Positions 24,668 through 32,000 of a stretch of 32,000 nt of DNA are shown piece after piece. Location: NCBI RefSeq assembly GCF_026794045.1, contig NZ_JAMDLW010000016.1; one strand, written 5' to 3'. Within the stretch, counting starts at the first letter, position 1; each line of letters begins with the position of its first letter. The translations under genes and the position numbers were made by a program. The stretch is from Paenibacillus apiarius (GTDB lineage: Bacteria > Bacillota > Bacilli > Paenibacillales > Paenibacillaceae). The notes under the pieces are model-generated. The model saw only the letters and a list, made by a program, of their open reading frames with translations. It did not search any database and had not been told where the DNA came from.

Positions 24668-24748
24668 ATAAAAGAGGCGATTGTAGCTACCTAGACACTG
24701 CACCTTAAGCAATAAATAAAATTCAAGCGTAAAGAGAGGTATTCCCTA

Positions 24749-25330
24749 ATGGCAAGAACCCGAGAATTTGACGAGGAACAAGTATTAGATGCAGCGATGC
24801 AGTTATTTTGGGAGAAGGGATATGAAGCTACCTCATTAAGTGATCTCACTTCTAGAATGGGCATTCAACGCCCCAGCATATATTCTGCCTTTGGAGACAA
24901 GAAAGAATTGTTCGAAGCCGCGCTTCGCAGATACACGATGTCCCGTGCTTCCGAAGTACGAGCTAGACTTCAAAGCCATCCATCGGTAAAAGAAGCATTC
25001 TCCACTTTCTTTGCAGGGGTGATTGCTGAGGAATATGCAGAAGATCGTAGTCGGGGCTGCTTTTGTATCAATACCATGGTCGAACTTGCGCCTCATGATG
25101 AGAAGTTCGAAATCTTGACCAGAGAACATCAAATGTACCTGGCCGTCATTTTTCAGGAGACGATAGAACGAGGAATTCAATCAGGCGAACTCGAAGCCAA
25201 CACAGACGCAAAGTCTTTAGCACAAGCACTGATCGTAGCGTTAATTGGGCTAACGGTCATGATGAAGTCGCGTCCACAACGTTCATTTGTTGACAATGCA
25301 ATCGCAACGGCGCTCACATTACTTAAGTAA
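24749..25330 (+). CDS. TetR/AcrR family transcriptional regulator
   Basis: AGAGAGG RBS. The N-terminal HTH reads QVLDAAMQLFWEKGYEATSLSDLTSRMGIQRPSIYSAFGDKKELF. It is divergent from the MFS gene. Confidence 0.85.
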   Translation: MARTREFDEEQVLDAAMQLFWEKGYEATSLSDLTSRMGIQRPSIYSAFGDKKELFEAALRRYTMSRASEVRARLQSHPSVKEAFSTFFAGVIAEEYAEDRSRGCFCINTMVELAPHDEKFEILTREHQMYLAVIFQETIERGIQSGELEANTDAKSLAQALIVALIGLTVMMKSRPQRSFVDNAIATALTLLK

Positions 25331-25596
25331 CTCGGACTGAATCTCAGATTGCGAAAGCCCTGCAGAAGTGGGTGATTGCGGTAACCCTCCAGCAAAGGAG
25401 CTCCATGATTCACACCTGCACCATTACGGCGCCTGGAATGATAATCGAGAGCTATTGCCCTCATTCCGAGTATGCCAAGGGTCGAAGTAGGCGAGTCTGG
25501 ACTTTTTTGCGTTACCTCCTTGAAGCGGGAACCATTTGCTGCTATGATTATCGATAAAATATTCGATAGACAAGATTACGAAGGTGGGAGAAACCG

Positions 25597-26691
25597 ATGG
25601 AACAACATCAACGCGCGTACAACTTTAATGCCGGTCCGGCTGCACTGCCGCTGAAAGTCTTGGAGCGGGCCCAATCCGAATTCGTCGACTTCCGGGGTCA
25701 AGGCATGTCCATTATGGAAATGTCGCACCGCGGCGCCGTCTACGAACAGGTTCACAATGAAGCGAAGCAATTATTGAAGGAATTGCTCCACATTCCTGAA
25801 GGCTACGACGTGTTGTTCCTGCAGGGCGGGGCGAGCACGCAGTTCGCCATGGTGCCGATGAACTTGCTGGCAGGCGGCAAGGTTGGCGCATACGTCAATA
25901 CAGGGAGCTGGGCGAGCAAGGCCGTGAAGGAAGCGGAGCTTATCGGCGAGACGCAAGTAATTGCCTCTACCGAATCCGACCGATTCATGCGCATGCCGAC
26001 ACCGGAGGAGATTGTTGCGCCGGAGAATGCTGCATATGTTCACATCACCTCCAACGAAACGATTGAGGGGACACAGTTCGCGGCTTACCCGGATACGGGC
26101 GCGGTGCCTCTGATTGCCGATATGTCTAGCGACATCCTCTGTCGTCCGGTGGACGTGTCGAAGTTCGGCATGATTTACGCGGGCGCGCAGAAGAACCTGG
26201 GTCCATCAGGCGTGACGGTCGTCATCGCGAAGGAAGAATTGCTTGCGAACAGTCCTAAGACGATTCCATCCATGCTTCGTTATAGCATCCATCATAAAAA
26301 CAATTCACTATACAATACGCCGCCTTCCTTCTCCGTATATATGGTCAATCTCGTGCTGCAGTGGTTGAAGGAGCGCGGGGGCTTGGAGCAGGTTAAGCGG
26401 GATAATCAAGCGAAAGCCGAGCTGCTGTACGGCGTCATTGATAACAGCGGCGATTTCTACCGTGGCTGCGCGGCGCGCGACAGCCGTTCCATCATGAATG
26501 TCACCTTCCGTCTGGCGGATGAGGAGCTGGAGAAGGGTTTCATCAAGGAAGCCGGGGAAGCGGGCTTCGTCGGTCTGAAGGGACACCGCAGCGTCGGCGG
26601 CCTGCGCGCTTCCATCTACAATGCGGTGCCATATGCAAGCTGCGAGGCGTTGGCCCAGTTCATGAAGCAATTCCAACAGAAGAACGGTTAA
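25597..26691 (+). CDS. serC: Phosphoserine aminotransferase
   Basis: GGTGGGAG RBS. YNFNAGPAALP..VL..A..E..DF.G.GMSIMEMSHR, FLQGGAS.QF and NETI.G match SerC throughout its 364 aa. Confidence 0.9.
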   Translation: MEQHQRAYNFNAGPAALPLKVLERAQSEFVDFRGQGMSIMEMSHRGAVYEQVHNEAKQLLKELLHIPEGYDVLFLQGGASTQFAMVPMNLLAGGKVGAYVNTGSWASKAVKEAELIGETQVIASTESDRFMRMPTPEEIVAPENAAYVHITSNETIEGTQFAAYPDTGAVPLIADMSSDILCRPVDVSKFGMIYAGAQKNLGPSGVTVVIAKEELLANSPKTIPSMLRYSIHHKNNSLYNTPPSFSVYMVNLVLQWLKERGGLEQVKRDNQAKAELLYGVIDNSGDFYRGCAARDSRSIMNVTFRLADEELEKGFIKEAGEAGFVGLKGHRSVGGLRASIYNAVPYASCEALAQFMKQFQQKNG

Positions 26692-26706
26692 TAATTGATG
26701 TAACTG

Positions 26707-26734
26707 CACCCCGCAAGGTTTTCCATGCGGGGTG
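26707..26734 (+). terminator. serC terminator
   Basis: CACCCCGC ... GCGGGGTG 8-bp GC stem followed by a T-rich tail. Confidence 0.6.
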
Positions 26735-26786
26735 TTAGCTTGTTTTGGCGGATATATAAAATGTTGTTGATATAAGGCGTAGTTTC

Positions 26787-27797
26787 CTAGTTTACGATGG
26801 ATAACGCCGCTTCTGTTATCGTCTCAAGTTGCTGAACAATGAATTCAGATGGTTGCAATAGAGTAGTGTGCTGAAGTTGAATGTCTTGGGTCTCTGTTGA
26901 CTCAGGAGCCAGTGGCTGGGAAGTGGAAGGCTCAGTCTGGAACGCAACGTCCTGCCACGGTCCGGCCCCAAGGTGATTGGCCCCTCTGATACGGAGCTGG
27001 TACGTAGAAGCCGGAGTCAAATTCACAAAGGAAGCTGTTCGGGTCAGCACATGGAATGACTGTCCGTTATTCTCGATTTCATACATAAAAGCATGTGGAA
27101 CGGCACCCCAACTTAAGGTAGCAGACGTATCAGAGAGAGCGGTCAGGGAAACTTGGGGAGCTTCTTTCGGGACTGCAATCGTCTCGGATTTGTTATTCAC
27201 GGATACTTCAGGAACTTCTGCTTTGGAGTAGTAGTAAGGGTTTAGGCTGGAATAAAAGTCAACAACCGCTCCCGTGTCCGCATTTATTACTAAATACGTA
27301 ACTGGGTCAAAATCCTCAGTATCCCTTGGGGTTTCCAAACCCAATACATCGGTTCTTTTAATCTCCCATTTTCCCGGGTTCTGTCCGGATTGAGAATAGC
27401 TCATTTCACTGTTGATCATGTGTACTTTTTTGACTTGAAGAAACAGCGCCTTCTGTACAGTCCCTGTATATGGAGAGGTGTAAGTGCCATCTACAGCGGC
27501 AATCAAGGAACTCGATCCATTGAAGTAATTAATCGTTTGAGAACGTTTGAAGTATCCTGTTGACCATGAATTTTCGAATACCCGCTCCCATCTCATGTTT
27601 CCTTGCTGTGAAATTTTGTTGCCGTTCACATAATAATCGCCAGCGTCGTCTTTAATCAAAATAACGGATGCATCCGGTCCGATATAGAGCACTTGCGCTG
27701 AAGCCGCATAAGCTGAAGGCAAACTTAGAGAGCTGATTCCAACAATTGCGCATAGAGCTAACACGATGAAGCGAGCAAATCCTGTTTTTATCTTCAT
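26787..27797 (-). CDS. Secreted hypothetical protein with C-terminal fibronectin type III domain
   Basis: AAAGGAGGAG RBS. Signal peptide MKIKTGFARFIVLALCAIVGISSLSLPSAYA. FN3-like segment LTALSDTSATLSWGAVPHAFMYEIENNGQ...LTPASTYQLRIRGANHLGAGPW. Confidence 0.6.
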   Translation of the reverse strand: MKIKTGFARFIVLALCAIVGISSLSLPSAYAASAQVLYIGPDASVILIKDDAGDYYVNGNKISQQGNMRWERVFENSWSTGYFKRSQTINYFNGSSSLIAAVDGTYTSPYTGTVQKALFLQVKKVHMINSEMSYSQSGQNPGKWEIKRTDVLGLETPRDTEDFDPVTYLVINADTGAVVDFYSSLNPYYYSKAEVPEVSVNNKSETIAVPKEAPQVSLTALSDTSATLSWGAVPHAFMYEIENNGQSFHVLTRTASFVNLTPASTYQLRIRGANHLGAGPWQDVAFQTEPSTSQPLAPESTETQDIQLQHTTLLQPSEFIVQQLETITEAALSIVN

Positions 27798-28080
27798 TTA
27801 TAACTCCTCCTTTATATTGAAAATAGAATCCCCATCCTCCCCTACTATGGAAAATACTTACTTAAGTTTAATCAGCAATTGGACATCTGTTAATAGTTCT
27901 TAAGTCATAAGTTCCCAACAAAAAAATATCTTTTGCTGGTAATGATCAGTAATAAAAATGACACAACTCTGATGCGAGCCATGTCATTGATGAACCATTC
28001 TAGTCAAAAAGGTGATGGCATGCTGCAGTCAGGAAAAAGATCCCCTCAAAGCAAACGCCTTGAGCGGGCTCTTGCACGTT

Positions 28081-29319
28081 CTACTTTGCAGCCTGCCACA
28101 CGTCAGCGCGGTCCGGCTCTTCGCCCCGTGTCCACCAGCGTGCGGTGTAGACGACGCTGTTATGCTTCACTTGGTCTCCGCCTGTATAGGCTTTGTCCTT
28201 GTTCCAATCCAAGACGACATCGCTGACCAGCTTCCACGCATCCGATACGTCGGGCTCGTTGTTCTGCGTCCAATACAAGGCTTCATACTCCAAGCCGTTA
28301 TATTGCACCCGGTCGCCGCGGTTGTACACTTTGCTTGCTTCCCAAGCAGTTACGCCCGGAAGCGGCGGATTTCCGCCATCACCGCCATCACCACCGCCAT
28401 CGCCGTCTTCTTTTAACGTGCTGACCGAAAGCGGCGCGGAGAACGGAGACTTTTTATCCGCGCTGTCTACGGCACGGACCGTATACGTATAGGACGTATT
28501 CGGCGTCAACCCGCTATCTTCATAAGAAGTCTGATTCGTCGTTCCAATCAACACTCCGTTGCGATGCACTTCATATGCTTTCATTCCGTTCGGCGCCGCA
28601 GCGGCGGACCAGCTAATGTCGATCGAAGTTTGGGTCTGGGATGGGGAAGCGACATCGCCAGGGGCGGCAGGAGCTTGTTCACCCGTACCGCCGTTCATCA
28701 GATTGACATCGATCACTTGATAAAATGCATTGCCGGTATCCGCGATTTCCCAGACGCCGAGAATCAGGTGATAGCCGCTGCGATCGGTCGGCACGGTGCA
28801 TTCATGCGTGACGTTGTTCGGCGGTCTCTTGCCGCCGTCGTCGATGGAGCAGAACGGCACTGGATCAAGGTCGGCGCGAGTCAACGGCTTGTTCGGGTCC
28901 CAATCCTTCTTCGTGATGTAATATTTCCATTCGGATGTCGCGTGCGGCGCTGTCAAATACCATTTAAACGTATTTTTGCCGCCCTGCAGCGTCACTTTGT
29001 GCCAGCGCTCGGCAGTCTGCTCGTTGAGCTCCGCAAATACGCCGCCGCCGGCGATTTGGCCGTCTGCCGGTCCGCCCTGCGGGAAGGAGCCCTTTCCTTC
29101 CACGCTTTGCGGCTCATATTGCACCTGTCCGCAGTCCTTGTTTAATCCTTGCTTGCACAATACGGCACGGCTGGTTGGAGACTCGATATAGCCGTGAGCC
29201 GAAGCGCTGTCCGCAAAGATGAGCGTGCATGCCAGGCCGAGCGCCGTGAGTCCGAAAGCTGCAAACAGGGGAGATACTTTCGAAACGAGATGATTCCAAA
29301 TGCGTGGTTGTGTCACCAT
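28081..29319 (-). CDS. Lytic polysaccharide monooxygenase (AA10) - FN3 - 2x CBM5/12 chitin-binding protein
   Basis: AAGGAGG RBS. The signal peptide ends ...ADSASA, followed by HGYIESP, so His would be residue 1 of the mature AA10. The AA10 body reads WEIADTGNAFYQVIDV. An FN3 segment reads SIDISWSAAAA...YTYTVRAVD. A G/D linker follows, then two W..Y..GD.V.Y.G..Y.A..WT repeats. Confidence 0.85.
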   Translation of the reverse strand: MVTQPRIWNHLVSKVSPLFAAFGLTALGLACTLIFADSASAHGYIESPTSRAVLCKQGLNKDCGQVQYEPQSVEGKGSFPQGGPADGQIAGGGVFAELNEQTAERWHKVTLQGGKNTFKWYLTAPHATSEWKYYITKKDWDPNKPLTRADLDPVPFCSIDDGGKRPPNNVTHECTVPTDRSGYHLILGVWEIADTGNAFYQVIDVNLMNGGTGEQAPAAPGDVASPSQTQTSIDISWSAAAAPNGMKAYEVHRNGVLIGTTNQTSYEDSGLTPNTSYTYTVRAVDSADKKSPFSAPLSVSTLKEDGDGGGDGGDGGNPPLPGVTAWEASKVYNRGDRVQYNGLEYEALYWTQNNEPDVSDAWKLVSDVVLDWNKDKAYTGGDQVKHNSVVYTARWWTRGEEPDRADVWQAAK

Positions 29320-29604
29320 TTTTGCCTCCTTGTTGTGTATACTCTTGTATTCTCTATCATTATAAAGATAAGCGCTTTAATTTAAGTCTTCTATTAGTAT
29401 CAATTCATATGAACGTATACTACTATTTTTTGAATAGATCTCAAGTACTAGTTGCAGGGAATATATGCAGAAAAAACAGAAGCAATCTGGCAAACAGCCT
29501 AAACAATCGGGCAGTCCTTGTCGATGCGAATCATGTATCCCCATTTGAGGCTGTTGGAAGCAAGGGAAGCAAATTTCAATGGAATCCGTCAATGGAACTA
29601 CATA

Positions 29605-29636
29605 TTCCCCGCCTGCTCGGGGAAACAGGCGGGGAA
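29605..29636 (-). terminator. GC-rich hairpin downstream of the response regulator gene (weak terminator candidate)
   Basis: TTCCCCGCCTG ctcggggaaa CAGGCGGGGAA, an 11-bp perfect stem. There is no clear U-tract on either strand. Confidence 0.35.
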
Positions 29637-29681
29637 TATATCGGAAATGAGGGGGAATTCAATTGCTATTCCGCGCCGGCG

Positions 29682-30392
29682 CTAGGCCAGAATGCGGCGG
29701 GAAGGCTCCGTCAGCTTATAGCCGACGTTGCGGATTGTCATAATATATTCAGGGCTGCGCGCGTTCTTCTCGATTTTGTCGCGCAGGTGGCTGATATGAA
29801 CATCAACGATGCGCGTATCGCCAAGAAAATGATAATCCCATACGCCCTGCAGCAGCTGCTGGCGGCTGAGCACTTTGCCGCGATGCCGGCAGAGGAAGAC
29901 AAGCAGCTCGAATTCCTTCGGAGTGAGCTCTACCTTGCGGCCATTCAGCTCCACTTCCCGTTGATCGGCCATGACGGTCAAGCAGCCGATTTCGAATATG
30001 CGGCCGTCGTCGGAGAGCGGCAGGGAGCGGATGCGCCGCATCACCGCTTGGATTCGGGAAATGAGCTCCTGCGGAGAGAATGGCTTCGTCATATAATCAT
30101 CCGCTCCATTATCGAGGCCGTGTATTTTGTCGCCTACGTCCTGCATCGCCGTCAGCATAATTATCGGAACCATGTTGTTCAGTTCACGCAGCTTGCGGCA
30201 CACTTCCAGCCCGTCGCTCTTCGGCAGCATGCGGTCAAGCACGATCAGGTCCGGACGGTAGGTTGCCAGCACGTCGAATACCGCTTCTCCGTCATATACG
30301 CACAACACATCGTAGCCAGCCAATTTCAAGTTATATTCAATGAGGGTAGAGATGGATGGTTCATCATCAACAACTAATATTTTCGATTTCAT
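29682..30392 (-). CDS. OmpR/PhoB-family response regulator (no adjacent kinase)
   Basis: GGGAGGGA RBS. The receiver domain has DD (VVDDE), D in LIVLDRMLP and K in MTKPF. The winged-helix output domain reads LTPKEFELL.FL and VWDY.......VDVHISHLRDKIE...YI.T.RNVGYKL. Confidence 0.9.
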   Translation of the reverse strand: MKSKILVVDDEPSISTLIEYNLKLAGYDVLCVYDGEAVFDVLATYRPDLIVLDRMLPKSDGLEVCRKLRELNNMVPIIMLTAMQDVGDKIHGLDNGADDYMTKPFSPQELISRIQAVMRRIRSLPLSDDGRIFEIGCLTVMADQREVELNGRKVELTPKEFELLVFLCRHRGKVLSRQQLLQGVWDYHFLGDTRIVDVHISHLRDKIEKNARSPEYIMTIRNVGYKLTEPSRRILA

Positions 30393-30722
30393 AGCAGTCC
30401 CTCCCGCAATTCAATGATTTCAGTGTCGGAGTCATGTCCTCGCGAACGTCTATCACCATTATGAAGGGCATTCGTCAGCGCCATATTAAGCAAACGTAAA
30501 CGGGATGTAAAAAAAGTGGATGATGCAGAAAAAGAGCCTGCCGAGATTTGTCTCGGGCGAATACGGCGGCCCGGGGGCTGGACTATTGCACAAAATCCCG
30601 GCTTTGGTACATATAAGAACAAATATTCCCGCTAAAAAAATATTCCATTTTTTGTTGGGTAGTTTTATACTTTATTTACAATACTTTGAATTTCTTAAGT
30701 GAATTCGAGGTGAAAAACAGCT

Positions 30723-30935
30723 ATGAAAAATAGAAATGTAACAGGTATTGTATTGGCCATAATTTATTGTGTTGTCCTTTTTGTGATTTTAACTGATGCA
30801 CCCCCTGGTGAAGCTCCAAATAATCCGCTATGGGTATACTCAATGATTCCACTTGGAGCTGTTGTAATTACTTCTCTCTTTGATTATGTCATCAAGTTCG
30901 ATTTGTTCGATTTCTTCAAAAAAAAGAAAGAATGA
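30723..30935 (+). CDS. Small membrane protein (70 aa, two hydrophobic segments)
   Basis: GAGGTG upstream. The hydrophobic segments are VTGIVLAIIYCVVLFVILT and WVYSMIPLGAVVITSLF, followed by a lysine-rich tail. AT-rich DNA. The stop overlaps the next ORF. Confidence 0.5.
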   Translation: MKNRNVTGIVLAIIYCVVLFVILTDAPPGEAPNNPLWVYSMIPLGAVVITSLFDYVIKFDLFDFFKKKKE

Positions 30936-30947
30936 ATGGAGGAAAAA

Positions 30948-31687
30948 ATGATAGAATCAAAAATTGCCAAAACATTTTTTGCAGGAGTTCTGCTCTCTAC
31001 ATCCATTTCAATTCCAGCCTTCGCTCAGGATTGGGAAAATTTACAATCTCCACTGCCAGTACACAAATGGATCAAGCTAAAAGCCTCTTAGACTTAGTTG
31101 AAAGCACAACCAGTAATTCTGTCACTTTTACAGATGGTTCTACATTATTTCAATACGACAATTACTATATTGCAACAGATTCAAATGGAAAAGAAGAGTT
31201 AAAAATCACAAAAGTAGATGATAATAAAGTAAAGTATGAAAACCTGCAAACCGGCCAAGTGAATTATGCAATTAAAGAAGTTGAACCAATTCAAGAAAAA
31301 AATGGATTTTTTGCTGATGCACAGATAGCAGCAGATGGTTTTGTATATAAAGGAGCAGAAAAGAATTCGACTGAGATATTATATGCCACTGCCTCTGCAG
31401 TAGCAGGTGTACTTGCTTCTTTTATAGGCGGACCTGTAGGTGGAAAAATATTGGGGGTACTTGTAAGTGTTGGTGGTTATTATCTTTCTCTGGAGGCAGA
31501 GAGAGCCTATTGGATAACAAAAACATACACTAAAGAAGATAGGCAAAGTGATTATTATGCGGTTTTAACCATTAGAAAAGACCACCACTATTATAAATAT
31601 CATGATTATACTGAATTTATTGATACTGCTTCGACAATTCAGATTTGCCAACCTTATCGTTGTGGTCCAGTCGAAGAATATATGTAA
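30948..31687 (+). pseudogene. Secreted glycine-zipper protein, split by a 1-nt frameshift after the signal peptide
   Basis: GGAGG 5 nt before ATG 30948 gives the signal peptide MIESKIAKTFFAGVLLSTSISIPAFAQDWEN..., which stops at 31089-31091. The long body (track ORF 30932-31687) is in the -1 frame. One extra A in the A4 run at 31036-31039 would fuse them as AQDWEKFTISTASTQMDQAK. Confidence 0.5.
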
Positions 31688-31815
31688 TAAAGGGGTTGGC
31701 TGGCCTTCTAGGGACTCATATTCTGGTACTTATAAAGAGCCTACTCACCTGGATTGTATTCGTATGGATTTACGGAAGCATGTACGATGATGTCCAAAAT
31801 CTTGGACAGTTAAAT

Positions 31816-31853
31816 AAAAGAACCCTCCAAAAAAAATTTTGGAGGGTTCTTTT
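31816..31853. terminator. Bidirectional rho-independent terminator
   Basis: AGAACCCTCCAAAA aaaa TTTTGGAGGGTTCT perfect stem, flanked by A-runs and T-runs. Confidence 0.65.
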
Positions 31854-32000
31854 ATTTATGCCAATTAGGGGGCTGATTAAGTCCTGGTTCCCCAACCATG
31901 GTTATTATAGGCTTGAAAGCATGGCGCATATTGTTTAGCTGGCGAACTCCAGGCTGCCTATGCGCTTAGATTTTTTCTGCTTTGCTCCGTTTCACGTTTT

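Noticed and set aside
25331-25596. Riboswitch or T-box leader upstream of serC
   Set aside because: I found no specifier/T-box consensus, no terminator/antiterminator pair and no conserved riboswitch core by eye. The small ORFs on both strands (25372-25557, 25177-25464) lack RBSs.
29304-30377. 357-aa plus-strand ORF
   Set aside because: It is antisense to the OmpR-family regulator (29682-30392), which has clear receiver and winged-helix motifs and a strong RBS. I treat it as a shadow ORF.
31031-31040. Programmed -1 ribosomal frameshift at TTGGGAAAAT joining the signal peptide to the body
   Set aside because: The G GGA AAA heptamer is not in the X XXY YYZ phase relative to the upstream frame (codons TGG GAA AAT). 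I saw no downstream pseudoknot or hairpin. A homopolymer indel is the simpler explanation.
1-32000. Scan for CRISPR arrays, tRNA and rRNA genes
   Set aside because: I saw no regularly spaced 25-40 bp direct repeats with unique spacers, no cloverleaf-compatible GTTCGAATC-type T-arm context and no rRNA-like conserved blocks on either strand.

Overview
This window looks like a Firmicute chromosome. I infer a Paenibacillus-like host from the gene content (many solute-binding lipoproteins, an AA10 LPMO with CBM5/12 modules) and from core segments of mid-range GC content, judged by eye. Ordinary-looking genes sit at both ends. On the left are an ABC-2 permease with an ATPase relic, two tandem solute-binding lipoproteins, a GNAT and a SUFU-like protein. 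On the right are a frameshifted esterase, an LLM oxidoreductase, a divergent MFS/TetR pair, serC, a secreted FN3 protein, an AA10 LPMO and an orphan OmpR-type regulator. Between about 6.06 kb and 20.75 kb lies a compositionally mosaic accessory region with three parts. (1) An ANT(9)/AadA-family aminoglycoside nucleotidyltransferase gene is bracketed by 36-40 bp imperfect inverted repeats and preceded by four phased 20-bp repeats. (2) A complete minus-strand glycopeptide-resistance cluster runs vanR-vanS-vanW-vanH-vanA-vanX-(racemase relic)-vanY-vanZ-like, followed by an IS630-like relic and a second, Tn1546-like vanZ. (3) A run of gene relics (HsdM N-terminus, GNAT C-terminus, resolvase HTH) ends in an intact IS256-family element with no visible target-site duplication. 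The most unusual observations are the hybrid van organisation (a vanA-type core with a vanB-type accessory gene vanW between vanS and vanH), the alanine-racemase relic between vanX and vanY, the apparently inactivated ancestral vanW start codon, and the IR-bounded ant cassette. I saw no tRNA, rRNA or CRISPR array by eye. All homology statements are my own pattern recognition and memory of protein families, not database searches.
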